Translations under genes and position numbers: made by a program
Shown: positions 1-10,871 of the stretch, piece after piece
Layout of the letters: each line of letters starts with the position of its first letter
Numbering within the stretch: position 1 is the first letter of the stretch
DNA from: a virus
Taxonomy: Duplodnaviria > Caudoviricetes
Direction: 5' to 3' (one strand)
Virus record (IMG/VR): IMGVR_UViG_3300017912_001856
Span: 1 to 50,177 of that record
Length of the DNA: 50,177 bases
The notes under the pieces: generated by a model
What the model saw: only the letters and a program-made list of their open reading frames with translations
Told to the model about the DNA's origin: nothing
Databases searched by the model: none

Positions 1-19
1 CTTCGTTTTTTTTTTTTTT

Positions 20-361
20 TTCCGCATCAAATACTGCATAAACTTTGTTACAAAACTTAATTGCGTCCCATTTAAAAGCCTTACGTGCATCTCATCTTTT
101 GTTATCAGGTCCTTTTCCGTTTGCTCTAGGATCATTTGCGTATCTTTCTTTAAATGCTTTCATTTTAGGTAATGCATTTTCGTGATCTATAACAACAACA
201 TTTCTTTCACTTTTTCTTATGTAAGGTACACATCTTTCTGCATATACATAAAGATCTATTTCGTTAGGCATACGATCCAAAAAACTATTAATCATTCTTT
301 GGCCGTACAGTTGTAATCCTTGTTGGTTAAACGTTGTTAGGACAGTAAATTTTCGTGACAT
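20..361 (-). CDS. Putative glycosyltransferase-like phage protein, truncated at window edge, with in-frame TGA at 92-94
   Basis: ORF 361->92 continues in frame past the TGA as DARKAFKWDAIKFCNKVYAVFDA up to the terminal poly-T. Resembles phage glycosyltransferase-like proteins (recollection). Confidence 0.5.
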
Positions 362-407
362 AGAAAAACTCCATAAATAATAATATACGTATATTTAGCG
401 AGATGAT

Positions 408-1331
408 ATGATACTAGGACTATTCAATGAATTTGGTGCAATGAACAGTGTTCCTGTGTTTGGTGCCTTTCAACAGTCTTTAGACAAGGCAGGAGTTCCT
501 TGGACTAAAAATGTCAATCACTGTAATGTAGCAGTGATATGGAGTGTCTTGTGGAATGGTAGAATGAAACAGAACAAAGCAATATGGGAACATTGTAAAG
601 CACACAATAAACCTGTTATTGTTTTAGAAGTAGGAGGAATACTTCGTAATCAAAGTTGGAAAGTTGCAATAGACGGTATTAACAATGAAGCATATTTTGG
701 TCAATCTTGTAATAGTACAGTAAACAATTGGTTACGTAACGCAAGTAAATTTAGACAAAAAAGATTTGGCATTGATTTAAAACCGTGGAGAAAAGAAAGT
801 TCAAAAAAATATATTTTGATTTGTACACAACATACAAGAAGTCACCAATGGAGAAATATGCCACCTATAGACAAGTATCTTGAGGATATAGTAAGCACTG
901 TTAGAAAAACTAGCAAACGCACAATAAAAATAAGAGCACATCCTAGAGCGCCAATAGATGGAAGTATAGTGCGTAATTTAAATTTTAAATACCAAAATGT
1001 AGAACAACAATTTCCTGTTAGGCATCCAGAAACTTATGATGAGTATGATTATGACAAAGCATTATTAGGTGCTCACGCAGTAATTAGTCATAGTAGCAAT
1101 CCAGGACTACAGGCAATAATTGCAGGCGTGCCTGCTTTTGTAGGTAATGATAGTTTGGCACTTCCTGTTGCTAATACTGATCTTTCCCAAATTGAACAAC
1201 CCAAAATGCCAGATAGAACAAAATGGTTTAACGATCTATTATACACTGAATATTTTATTGATGAAATAGCAGATGGTTTACCATTGGTAAGATTACTTCC
1301 AAAATTAGAACAATTAGTACTTGCTCAATAA
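408..1331 (+). CDS. Capsule-polysaccharide/GT-B glycosyltransferase-like protein
   Basis: KIRAHP and SHSSNPGLQAIIAGVPAF motifs resemble the KpsS/KpsC-type C-terminal domain. Confidence 0.5.
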   Translation: MILGLFNEFGAMNSVPVFGAFQQSLDKAGVPWTKNVNHCNVAVIWSVLWNGRMKQNKAIWEHCKAHNKPVIVLEVGGILRNQSWKVAIDGINNEAYFGQSCNSTVNNWLRNASKFRQKRFGIDLKPWRKESSKKYILICTQHTRSHQWRNMPPIDKYLEDIVSTVRKTSKRTIKIRAHPRAPIDGSIVRNLNFKYQNVEQQFPVRHPETYDEYDYDKALLGAHAVISHSSNPGLQAIIAGVPAFVGNDSLALPVANTDLSQIEQPKMPDRTKWFNDLLYTEYFIDEIADGLPLVRLLPKLEQLVLAQ

Positions 1332-1376
1332 CAGTTTAAGTGTTATAATACACTAAACAATCAAGGACATTTCGAT

Positions 1377-2564
1377 ATGCATAATCAAAAAATTGATGCC
1401 AATACAGTTGAAGAATGTATAGAATATCTTTCTGGTACGGGTAATTATATGTTTGACGATACACCGTCAGTTAATCAATATGATTTAGCAATAACAACAA
1501 GTTTAGGAAAACAATTGGAAAAAGGAAATGCATTTACACAAAAGCAAAGTACTATTGGATTGAGACTTGTAAAAAGTTATGCAAGTCTACTAGATAAAAG
1601 AGGATTCGATGTTGATGCAATTTTAGATGGTCCACTATTTAGGTGGCCTTTTAGAACTATAGACAAAAGAAAAAGTATTCACATAGACGGAGAACAAATT
1701 GTAATCAAATCTCCTTTTATTGCAGATGTTGTTAACAAGGTAAAGAAAAGAAAAAATCCTTCTTATTACAAAGGCACTTACAATGCAGAAACTAAAGAAT
1801 GGGCATTTGATTATAATGAATCAAACATAAATTTTTTAATGACACTGACTAAAGGAATGCACTTTAGTATTGACCAAAAAATACAGGAAGACTTTCGCAA
1901 GATAAACAAGATTAAACAAAAAGCATTAGAGTATTATCCATTAATGACCAAAAATGCAGACAACAATTCATACATTTTTAATAATCAAATTATAAACGAA
2001 ACAGATATAAGACGTGCAATTATGAATGCGAAACTAAATGGATGTCTAGCATATGATGATCCTGTTGTTGCAGATCTTAAACCAAAACAAAGACTAGTAG
2101 ACACTGTATTGTTAGGTGATAATAGAAATTGGTATGCAAACTCAAGCAAATACTCCTATTTGGAAATATTTTCATTGATTACAACCGTGGATCAGTGTAT
2201 AATTATTTGTAGTAGTAATGATGATAGTCAACTTAAAAACATAGTTGATAATCTTCTATTGACAGATCTACGTAATAGTGATATTAGTGTAATGTTTAGA
2301 TTCAAGAAGAAAATGAATAATATGAATAACTTTATAAAAGAAAAAGGTGTAAACGAATTTGCACCAAATAAAAAAGTTTTTATCATTAATGAAAAACTTC
2401 CTAAACCACTAGTATCTAATGATATAGATCCACAACTAGTATTAAACTGTTTGCCAACACAACCATCACATTATAAACTACAAGCATGGTTAAACAACAA
2501 ACCAACAGTTATACATTATCGTGGTTCAGAACCAACAGGGTTAGATAACTGTGCCAACTTGTAA
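1377..2564 (+). CDS. Hypothetical phage protein
   Basis: 395-aa ORF overlapping the helicase start. Confidence 0.75.
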   Translation: MHNQKIDANTVEECIEYLSGTGNYMFDDTPSVNQYDLAITTSLGKQLEKGNAFTQKQSTIGLRLVKSYASLLDKRGFDVDAILDGPLFRWPFRTIDKRKSIHIDGEQIVIKSPFIADVVNKVKKRKNPSYYKGTYNAETKEWAFDYNESNINFLMTLTKGMHFSIDQKIQEDFRKINKIKQKALEYYPLMTKNADNNSYIFNNQIINETDIRRAIMNAKLNGCLAYDDPVVADLKPKQRLVDTVLLGDNRNWYANSSKYSYLEIFSLITTVDQCIIICSSNDDSQLKNIVDNLLLTDLRNSDISVMFRFKKKMNNMNNFIKEKGVNEFAPNKKVFIINEKLPKPLVSNDIDPQLVLNCLPTQPSHYKLQAWLNNKPTVIHYRGSEPTGLDNCANL

Positions 2565-4005
2565 ATTAATAATCAAAGATGAAGTTAATGTAAAGTTTGA
2601 AGGACTTGACTTACAAACTAGAAAATCTCTCACAAACAAATTTAAATATGAGATTCCATATGCAAGATATTTGCCAGCATACAAACTAGGACGTTGGGAC
2701 GGAACAGTTAGTTTCTTTGGACTAGGTGGTACAACTTATATTAGTATGCTTGAAGAAGCATTGCCACTGTTAGAAGAAAAAGGTTGGTATGTTGAAGTAG
2801 AAGATAAACGTGAATCTACAAAATTAGAATTCAATCATATTGATGAAAGTTATCTAAGTCATATTAATTGGCCAGAAGGACATCCGGCGGCAGGACAGCC
2901 TATTGTATTGCGAGATTATCAAGTAGAAGTAATTAATAACTTTTTAAGTAATCCGCAAAGTTTACAAGAAGTTGCCACTGGTGCAGGTAAAACAATTATT
3001 ACTGCAACATTATCTAAACTGTGTGAACAGTATGGTAATAGTATTGTAATTGTTCCTAACAAAAGTCTAGTTACACAAACAGAAGAAGACTATCGTAATG
3101 TAGGATTAGATGTTGGTGTATATTACGGAGATAGGAAAGAACTAGGACATAAACATACTATTGTTACTTGGCAAAGTTTGAATATACTAGATAAAAAATC
3201 TAAAAATCACGAAGCGGCATTTACACTAACAGAGTTTTTACAAGATGTACGTTGTATTATTGTTGACGAAGTACACCAAGCAAAAGCAGATGTTTTAAAA
3301 AGATTGCTTACACAAAACTTTGCACACGTTCCTATACGTTGGGGTTTGACAGGTACTATTCCAAAAGAACAATTTGAATTTCAAGGCATACGTGCAAGTC
3401 TTGGAGAAGTAATTAACAACATTAGTGCAAGTGACTTACAGGAAAAAGGTGTACTTGCAAACTGTCATGTTAATATTGTACAAACAGATGATACACAAGA
3501 GTTTTCAAACTATCAAGAAGAACTTAAATTTTTAGTTACTAGTGAAAAACGTATTGACTGGATGACAAAATTAGTAAACAAGTTAAAAGAAAGTGGAAAC
3601 ACTTTGATACTTGTAGATAGAATTAGTTCAGGCAAGATGTTAGCAGAAAAATTAGACAACGCAGTTTTTATATCCGGAGAAACAAAAGGCGATACAAGAA
3701 AAGAACATTATGATGAAGTTAAAACAGCGACTGATAAAATTATTATTGCGACATATGGTGTGGCCGCCGTTGGTATTAACATACCTCGTATTTTTAATCT
3801 TGTTCTTATTGAACCAGGAAAGAGTTTTGTAAGGGTTATACAAAGTATAGGCAGAGGCATACGTAAGGCAGAAGATAAAGACTTTGTGCAAATATGGGAC
3901 ATAACTAGCAGATGTAAATTTGCAAAAAGACATTTGACACAGAGAAAGAAATTTTATAAAGAAGCAAACTATCCTTTCACAATAGAAAAGATAGCGATTG
4001 ATTAG
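2551..4005 (+). CDS. uvsW: UvsW-like SF2 DNA helicase
   Basis: LRDYQ, ATGAGKT, DEVH, GLTGT and QSIGRGIR motifs. Confidence 0.9.
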   Translation: MPTCKLIIKDEVNVKFEGLDLQTRKSLTNKFKYEIPYARYLPAYKLGRWDGTVSFFGLGGTTYISMLEEALPLLEEKGWYVEVEDKRESTKLEFNHIDESYLSHINWPEGHPAAGQPIVLRDYQVEVINNFLSNPQSLQEVATGAGKTIITATLSKLCEQYGNSIVIVPNKSLVTQTEEDYRNVGLDVGVYYGDRKELGHKHTIVTWQSLNILDKKSKNHEAAFTLTEFLQDVRCIIVDEVHQAKADVLKRLLTQNFAHVPIRWGLTGTIPKEQFEFQGIRASLGEVINNISASDLQEKGVLANCHVNIVQTDDTQEFSNYQEELKFLVTSEKRIDWMTKLVNKLKESGNTLILVDRISSGKMLAEKLDNAVFISGETKGDTRKEHYDEVKTATDKIIIATYGVAAVGINIPRIFNLVLIEPGKSFVRVIQSIGRGIRKAEDKDFVQIWDITSRCKFAKRHLTQRKKFYKEANYPFTIEKIAID

Positions 4006-4013
4006 GAGACTTA

Positions 4014-4517
4014 ATGCAAATATTAACTTTAGAAAATGAACATTTTGATCTTAATTCTCTGCCAAAAGAAATTGACAGAGATATTAGATATAGTGTACTA
4101 GACAACTCAGACCCAAAGGATCCAGACTACTTTTTTGTTCCATTAATTTATTTGGAAAGTTTTAGTTCGCCAGCAGTAGTACTACAAATTGGAGACAATC
4201 AAGTTCAAATGCCTTTGGAATGGAGTATGGTCGTAGGAGGATATGACGGACAGGATCTTGAAGTTCTTCCATTAACTAGTCTAAATGACAGGGGATTTGA
4301 AGCATTTGTTTTTAATCCACTAACAAGTGCAAGACCAGATTTCAAACCTGTGGATGTTATTAACGTATATCAAGATGTTAAATTTTACTTTCCAAAACTT
4401 AAATCAGGACAACTGTTAACTACACCAATACAAAAAAAGAAAAATCCTGATTGTGCATTTTTTGTAAAAGAAGTTTCAAGGCAAAGTGAAATAATAGATT
4501 TTAGTTTAGTATGGTAA
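4014..4517 (+). CDS. Hypothetical phage protein
   Basis: 167-aa ORF with AGGAG RBS. Confidence 0.75.
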   Translation: MQILTLENEHFDLNSLPKEIDRDIRYSVLDNSDPKDPDYFFVPLIYLESFSSPAVVLQIGDNQVQMPLEWSMVVGGYDGQDLEVLPLTSLNDRGFEAFVFNPLTSARPDFKPVDVINVYQDVKFYFPKLKSGQLLTTPIQKKKNPDCAFFVKEVSRQSEIIDFSLVW

Positions 4518-4540
4518 ACTAACAAAAAGGAGAAAGAAAA

Positions 4541-4891
4541 ATGAAAGCAGGAAAAATATGGGGTCAAACAGAGTTGATCCATGCTAACGGTGTTTTAGAA
4601 TTTCATCGTATTGAATTTAAAAAAGGATTTAAATGTTCTGAACACGAACATAAATTTAAGTGGAACGGCTTTTTTGTAGAGTCAGGAAAAATGATAGTGC
4701 GTGTTTGGCAAAGTGATGACCAAGAAGGTCTAGTAGATGAAACAGTTTTAAATGCAGGAGACTTTACACAAGTCAAACCGGGCAAAGTGCATCAGTTTGA
4801 AGGTGTAGAAGATGGCGTAGCATTTGAATTATACTGGGCAGAGTTTAATCATGATGATATTGTAAGGAGAACAATAGGTACAAAAACTTAA
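4541..4891 (+). CDS. Cupin-domain protein
   Basis: CSEHEH, FFVESG and PGKVHQF cupin motifs. Confidence 0.75.
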   Translation: MKAGKIWGQTELIHANGVLEFHRIEFKKGFKCSEHEHKFKWNGFFVESGKMIVRVWQSDDQEGLVDETVLNAGDFTQVKPGKVHQFEGVEDGVAFELYWAEFNHDDIVRRTIGTKT

Positions 4892-4892
4892 T

Positions 4893-5630
4893 ATGTGGAA
4901 TGGCGCAAGATATGGCTTATTCGAAAAAAGTTGGATAGATATGAAAAACCCTGAAGTAACATTTTGGAGTACAGTTGAAGGATTGGAACAAGTAGTTCCA
5001 GTTAAAAAAGCAACTGACTATCTTCCGGAATGGTTTAAAAATATGCCACAATTTAGTGGAGTAGGTGAAGCACGTATTGAAGATCAAGGAACATTTAGAA
5101 GATGTCCTGCGATAGTTGATATGTTTGCTAATGCTTATGTTGTACCAATGTGGTGTGACTTAGAATTAGAAATTACAGAACAAGGTTTTAGATATAAAGC
5201 AAGTAATCCTAATTTTATTTTTGAAGGACATACTAATCAACAATTTGTTGATCATAATGATAGCGGATATAAATTTATTGTAAAAGCCGTTAGTCCTTGG
5301 AAAGCAAAAACACCAAACGGGTATAATCTATTACAGTTGCCGATGTTTTATCACTATAATAGGCAGTGGGAAGTTTTACCTGGTGCAATATATAGTGATA
5401 TACATCATGCTATGAACCAACAAATTGCTGTAAAAGAATATGGTAGAATAACCATAGAAAAAGGTACACCGTTGTGTATGTATATGGCTGTAAAACGTGA
5501 AAAACTTGATTTAAATATAAGCGAATATACAGAAGAATTAAAAAAAGTTGATAAACTAAATGAGTTGAACATAAGGAGTAAGTTTATCAATGCATACAGA
5601 GATATGAAGAAAAGACTTCTTAATGAGTAA
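4893..5630 (+). CDS. Hypothetical phage protein
   Basis: 245-aa ORF with PEWFK, RCPAIVD, SPW..KTP.GY and GTPL motifs typical of a recurrent aquatic phage family. Confidence 0.7.
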   Translation: MWNGARYGLFEKSWIDMKNPEVTFWSTVEGLEQVVPVKKATDYLPEWFKNMPQFSGVGEARIEDQGTFRRCPAIVDMFANAYVVPMWCDLELEITEQGFRYKASNPNFIFEGHTNQQFVDHNDSGYKFIVKAVSPWKAKTPNGYNLLQLPMFYHYNRQWEVLPGAIYSDIHHAMNQQIAVKEYGRITIEKGTPLCMYMAVKREKLDLNISEYTEELKKVDKLNELNIRSKFINAYRDMKKRLLNE

Positions 5631-5671
5631 GTTAGTCTTGCATTTATCTTATAAAGAGAGTATAATAAACT

Positions 5672-5857
5672 ATGGTTAGAAAACTTCAAGATGGTACAGA
5701 AGTTGAAGAATATAAACACAATGTTGTTTTGCAAATTGTAACACATTGTCCAGCAAAATGGAAATTGCAAGACATGGAAACAGGTGAAACTTACATTGGA
5801 CAAAAACCAATTGGTGGTGAAAAACAAGTTGTGCATTGGAAAAAAATAGATGGCTGA
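5672..5857 (+). CDS. Small hypothetical protein
   Basis: 61-aa ORF overlapping the next gene. Confidence 0.65.
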   Translation: MVRKLQDGTEVEEYKHNVVLQIVTHCPAKWKLQDMETGETYIGQKPIGGEKQVVHWKKIDG

Positions 5858-6299
5858 AAAGAAAAAGTTTTTGGATTTAAAATCAATGTTACGTGCAGTA
5901 GATAAACGTGACAAGGATTGGTATGACAGATTGTCAGATGACGATAAAAAACTGTTTGCTCCATTTATTGCTATGCGTTATGTAAGTAATGTTAAAAGTG
6001 ATACATTTTTTCAAGAACATTATTTAGAAATGTGTAATGAATTTGTTAATAAACATCATTGGACACTTTCTAAAAATCATAAAGGGTTATTATGGAAACT
6101 TATGTCCATGTGTGGTGCTTATGAAAACTTCTTTCATCAATATATTGCGGCCCCAAAGAAGCAAACAAAAAACAAATTTACACAGACTTTACTAGATAAA
6201 AATTCAACAATGAAACAAGATGATGCAGAACTCCTATCAACTATTATGTCAAAAACAGAACAGAATCAATATATTAAAGAGCATGATCCAAACAATTGA
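5850..6299 (+). CDS. Hypothetical protein, possibly gp62-like clamp-loader small subunit
   Basis: Size and the F.PFI.MRY.S segment recall gp62-like proteins; replication context. Confidence 0.45.
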   Translation: MAEKKKFLDLKSMLRAVDKRDKDWYDRLSDDDKKLFAPFIAMRYVSNVKSDTFFQEHYLEMCNEFVNKHHWTLSKNHKGLLWKLMSMCGAYENFFHQYIAAPKKQTKNKFTQTLLDKNSTMKQDDAELLSTIMSKTEQNQYIKEHDPNN

Positions 6300-6975
6300 A
6301 CAACCATTTGAGTGTGTACACTGCGGTAAGAAGTTTCAAAAAGAGAAAACTCTTATGGCTCATATGTGCGAGCCAAAACGCAGACACTTACAAAAAGATG
6401 AAAAACGTGTTCAAGTTGGATTTATGACATTTAATAAGTTTTATATTACAGTACAAAAAAGCAAACCAAAAACGTATGCAGAATTTTGCAAAAGCAGTTA
6501 TTATAATGCGTTTGTTAAATTTGGAAGTTTTGTAAGTAACATTAATCCTATATATCCAGAAAAATTTATAGACTTTGTAATTAAGTCAAACGTAAAATTA
6601 GATCATTGGTGTAGAGACGAATTATATGATACGTATCTATTTGAAATGATTAAAATAGAACCAACAGAAAGTGCATTAAGCAGATCAATTGAAACAATGA
6701 TGTCTTGGGGAGATGCGAATGAATCTCCTTACAATGATTACTTTAAATACGCAAATTTAAATCGTGCAACAAACGATATACGCAATGGCTTAATAAGTCC
6801 TTGGTTATTACTGAATTCTACAAACGGCAAAAAGATGCTTGAAAGTCTTAATGATGAACAACTCCAAATTATAGAACCAACTTTGGATATTCAATATTGG
6901 TTAAGGCAGTTCAAAAGTAAACCTGCCGATGTAGAATTAACAAAAGAAATAATCAAGGAAGCCAACATTGACTAA
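6283..6975 (+). CDS. C2H2-type Zn-finger phage protein
   Basis: FECVHCGKKF...MAHMC. The ATG at 6283 is the likely start. Confidence 0.7.
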   Translation: MIQTIEQPFECVHCGKKFQKEKTLMAHMCEPKRRHLQKDEKRVQVGFMTFNKFYITVQKSKPKTYAEFCKSSYYNAFVKFGSFVSNINPIYPEKFIDFVIKSNVKLDHWCRDELYDTYLFEMIKIEPTESALSRSIETMMSWGDANESPYNDYFKYANLNRATNDIRNGLISPWLLLNSTNGKKMLESLNDEQLQIIEPTLDIQYWLRQFKSKPADVELTKEIIKEANID

Positions 6976-7626
6976 AGAAACTATACATAGCAATTTTAGA
7001 AACGATGAACCTATTGATAGAATCTATAAAAATCTGTTTGGCCACCTTACGTTAATTCAACCAGACAATACAAAGTATAATGGAAACATATACAAAAAGT
7101 CAATACTAGTAGGTCCTCAGAATGGACAATTTAAATCGCACATTTACATTACAGATGATAAAAGAGTATTTGACAGATGCGGACTTCCGTTGTATAATAT
7201 AGAAGTTGAATTAGAAGACATTGAAGAGGAAAAAAATGAATCATAAGATAAGTGAATTTTGTGACAAAATAGATTCTATTAAGAAGATGGCTGATCAATT
7301 ACGTGATATGAAATATGGTCCTATCAAAGCATCAGATTTTGAAATTAATAATTTAATTGAAACAATTCAATCAGACTGTTATGTTGTTTCTAAAGATAAA
7401 GGAAATTATGGCAAGGATACCAAGGAAAAGAAATTATAAAACTGAGACACAATACGATCCAAAGATACACACGAAAACTAAAGGAGGTCATGGGTTTGGT
7501 ATGAAGAAAGGTGTTAAAGCAAAAGACTACGAAAGCAGTGGACTACATTTAATTGAAGTGTTCAAATGGAAAGTTCCTGAACATTTAAAAGAAGAATACG
7601 AAAAATTTAAAGAAGCAAATGCCTGA
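6968..7626 (+). CDS. Three small overlapping hypothetical ORFs (6968-7246, ~7236-7439, 7408-7626)
   Basis: Tightly packed, overlapping ORFs on the coding strand. Confidence 0.6.
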
Positions 7627-8194
7627 TATTGATTTAGATTTTTTTGATCGTGATAATGTGTTAAAGCAATTTAAACACATCACAGGTTCACGATTAGATA
7701 AAGATCAATTGAAGAAACACAACACAGGAGTTTACTTTCATAGTGTTCCTAAGGATCCATTTACTGAACGTTGTACACTAGATCATAAAGTAGCAGAAGA
7801 TAGAGGTTACTTTAAAATTGATATGTTGAATGTTCACATATATGAAAACGTAAAAGATGAGGCACATCTAAACAAATTATTAAATCAAGAACCTATATGG
7901 GAGTTATTAACTGAAGCAGACTTTAGTAACAAACTTTTTCATGTAGGCGAACATAGTGCAATACTACAACAAATGCAACCTAAAAACATAGAACAACTTG
8001 CGGCAGTGTTAGCAATTATACGTCCTGCTAAAAGACATTTACTAGGCGAAAGTTGGGACAATGTAATGCAGAATGTTTGGACTAAACCCACTGATGGTAG
8101 TTACTATTTTAAAAAAGCACATGCAGTTGCATACGCACATGCTATTGTTGTGCATATGAATTTACTGTGCGAACAATTACAAAACAATGAATAA
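7619..8194 (+). CDS. Minimal DnaE (Pol III alpha, C-family)-like protein, 191 aa
   Basis: MPDIDLDF, H.TGV, KIDMLN, AIIRP and FKKAHAVAYA match DnaE palm/finger motifs. Confidence 0.8.
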   Translation: MPDIDLDFFDRDNVLKQFKHITGSRLDKDQLKKHNTGVYFHSVPKDPFTERCTLDHKVAEDRGYFKIDMLNVHIYENVKDEAHLNKLLNQEPIWELLTEADFSNKLFHVGEHSAILQQMQPKNIEQLAAVLAIIRPAKRHLLGESWDNVMQNVWTKPTDGSYYFKKAHAVAYAHAIVVHMNLLCEQLQNNE

Positions 8195-8593
8195 AAAATT
8201 ATTATTATTACAATTTGGTTTCATAACTTTAGCAGTTGCTTTTATTGTGTTAAGTTATGTTGTATATCAACAACAAATAACTATTAATGAATATTATGAT
8301 TTAATGGATATGATTAACAGTTTATTTTTACAAGAACAAGGTTTAGGTGTATAATGAATTATGAATGGGAAGACTATAGGCCGCCTAAACCACCTAAAGA
8401 TCCTGGACCTTGGCTTACTTGGACTTTAGAACAAGAACATGTAATTCCATATTTTGTAAGAATGTTTCTTTGGATGTACTTTATACCTGTACTACTGTTT
8501 GGCTTATATTTGACGCCCGTTGGATATCTATTCCAACTACTTATATTAGATTGGTTTACTTGGGTGCAGTTAAAACAGAAAAACTCACTTTAG
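8187..8593 (+). CDS. Two small membrane proteins (8187-8354, 8354-8593)
   Basis: Hydrophobic stretches; TAATG stop/start overlap. Confidence 0.6.
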
Positions 8594-8959
8594 TTTTCTA
8601 ACTAATTGTATCGATTTTCTTTTCACACGTTTTTCGGCAATGTCATTTAGTCTTACCATGTGTCCAAAAACTAATTCAATATCTTTAGTATTAAATGTCT
8701 TAATAAGAGGTCGAAATTTTTCCATTTCAGTTTTCATGAATATGTTTATTGGTATTTTTCTGTTAGATTCCCACCACCAACTATCACCACATTCAAGTAA
8801 CTTTAATTTTTCTTTATCATTATTACATGAACTGTAATCATACATGCTTGTTACACTAGAATCTTGATTGATAATAATACCTACAAATTCCTGGTCGTTA
8901 TGCTTTATACAACTTAAAAAAGGAAATTTTTCCTGTAAATCGTCTTGTAATTTTGTCAT
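8585..8959 (-). CDS. Hypothetical phage protein
   Basis: Likely ATG at 8959; WWWESNR.IPI motif. Confidence 0.7.
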   Translation of the reverse strand: MTKLQDDLQEKFPFLSCIKHNDQEFVGIIINQDSSVTSMYDYSSCNNDKEKLKLLECGDSWWWESNRKIPINIFMKTEMEKFRPLIKTFNTKDIELVFGHMVRLNDIAEKRVKRKSIQLVRKLK

Positions 8960-8996
8960 AGTATTCCAATAAATATATATAAGGATAAACAATGAT

Positions 8997-9824
8997 ATGC
9001 TCAAGTTACCCATATATATTTATGAAACCGGTTATACCTTATTCAGTGATTTGGATAACGGGATTCCACAAGGATATGCGCCAATGTACCAAAAAGATAT
9101 ACAAATAGTAAAAGGTGTTACTAACACTGTTAAATTCACAGTTAAAAACCAAGATCAAAAACCGTTAGATATAAACGGTGAAACATTTACATTCAACTTA
9201 ATAAACAAAGAAACAGGTGCAGTACACATAGAAAAAGACTGTACAACTGTAGATGACGGAAGTACAACTTCTACAAAAGGAGTTGCTACACTAACACTAT
9301 CAGAAAATGACACTGCAAGTTTAGTGAGCAAGTTTTATAAGTTTGCAATATACAGAACAATTAATGGTGCTGGTAAATTTCCTGCATACGCAAATACATA
9401 TTACGACATACAAGGCACATGTGAGATAGTTGATCAAGTTTATGCTAGTTTTACTGACTCAACAGAATTACCTAACACAGACTTTACTAGACCATTAACT
9501 GACAAATTTTATACTCCAGGCCAAGCAATAACCAAATATGAAAGCAGTAGATACAATGCACAACCAGAATACAAACGTAATGGTGCTTTACATACACTGG
9601 CTTACTACACAACTGGATACACAGGCGATTTAAAAATCCAAGCAACTTTGGATACAACTGTTAGTTCCGATACAAGTTGGGTAGATTTACAAACAATCAA
9701 TTTGAGTAACTCTTCAGGCGTTGACTATGCCAACGTAACAGGAGTATTCAATTATCTTAAGTTATGCCATATTCCGGACAATTCGAACACCGGAACACTT
9801 GACAAAGTAGTAATTAGATCATAA
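8997..9824 (+). CDS. Probable virion structural protein (beta-rich, BppU/Ig-like N-terminus)
   Basis: Thr-rich beta-strand composition, KFTVKNQDQKP...GVATLTL segment; TAAATA upstream. Confidence 0.5.
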   Translation: MLKLPIYIYETGYTLFSDLDNGIPQGYAPMYQKDIQIVKGVTNTVKFTVKNQDQKPLDINGETFTFNLINKETGAVHIEKDCTTVDDGSTTSTKGVATLTLSENDTASLVSKFYKFAIYRTINGAGKFPAYANTYYDIQGTCEIVDQVYASFTDSTELPNTDFTRPLTDKFYTPGQAITKYESSRYNAQPEYKRNGALHTLAYYTTGYTGDLKIQATLDTTVSSDTSWVDLQTINLSNSSGVDYANVTGVFNYLKLCHIPDNSNTGTLDKVVIRS

Positions 9825-9833
9825 AATAATAGT

Positions 9834-10847
9834 ATGAATTCGATCCAGTCTACTATTACGACAGTCTTGCCTGCAAAGCGAAAACAAACCCCTAGTGGGT
9901 GGATTAGTTTTGATGCACCTTGTTGTGTTCATAATGGCGAAAGTGCAGACAAAAGAAAACGTGGCGGTATAATGTTTAACAGTGATGGAACAGTGAGTTA
10001 TCATTGTTTTAACTGTGGATATAAATCCTCTTACGTTCCAGGCAGAAACTTATCTTTTAAGATGAGAAAACTGTTAACATGGTTTGGTGTAACTGATTCA
10101 GAAGTAACTAGACTCAGTCTTGAAGCATTACGTATTAAAGAAGAAGTAGGTACAGTTGAAAATGTAACTTATGATCTTCCAACGTTTGAAAAAAGAAAAC
10201 TGCCAGTAGGAGCCAAAGCAATGATGCTATGGCATGACTGGAAAGCACTAGAGCCATCTGGACTAGATCCTGATTTCATAAGAGCCATCGAATATATAGT
10301 TGACGGACGTGGACTTGATATGGACGACTATGATTTTATGTGGACTTGTGAAGGTTCGTATAAGTCAAGGCTGATAGTTCCGTTTTATCATCAAGGGAAC
10401 ATAGTTGGATACACTGCACGTAAACTAGGCGATGGCTCACCTAAATATATTACAGATAGTCAACCAGGATATGTGTTTAATTTAGATACACAAAACTGGG
10501 ATAGAAAGTTTGTGGTTGTTGTAGAAGGTCCATTTGATGCTATTGCTATAAGCGGTGTAAGTGTGTTGCGTAATGAAGTAAATGATCAACAGGCTATGCT
10601 TATTAATGCTTTACAAAAAGAAGTAATAGTTGTTCCAGATAGAGATCAAAGTGGACAACAGTTAGTCGACCATGCAATTAAATACAATTGGAATGTATCA
10701 TTTCCAGAATGGCCAGACGATGACGTTAAAGATGTCAGCGATGCTGTAAAAAAGTATGGTAAAATATATACACTCAAAAAAATATTAGATAGCAAACAAT
10801 CTGGACTAAAAATCCAGTTATTGGCAAAAACATGGTTTACAGAATAG
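9834..10847 (+). CDS. DNA primase (Zn-binding plus TOPRIM)
   Basis: PCC...YHCFNCG Zn domain; VEGPFDA and PDRD TOPRIM motifs. Confidence 0.9.
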   Translation: MNSIQSTITTVLPAKRKQTPSGWISFDAPCCVHNGESADKRKRGGIMFNSDGTVSYHCFNCGYKSSYVPGRNLSFKMRKLLTWFGVTDSEVTRLSLEALRIKEEVGTVENVTYDLPTFEKRKLPVGAKAMMLWHDWKALEPSGLDPDFIRAIEYIVDGRGLDMDDYDFMWTCEGSYKSRLIVPFYHQGNIVGYTARKLGDGSPKYITDSQPGYVFNLDTQNWDRKFVVVVEGPFDAIAISGVSVLRNEVNDQQAMLINALQKEVIVVPDRDQSGQQLVDHAIKYNWNVSFPEWPDDDVKDVSDAVKKYGKIYTLKKILDSKQSGLKIQLLAKTWFTE

Positions 10848-10871
10848 GGCAAAAGAAAGTATAATACATAT

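Noticed and set aside
1-21. Poly-T tract as a biological feature
   Set aside because: At the extreme contig end and interrupting a gene; likely a library or assembly artefact.
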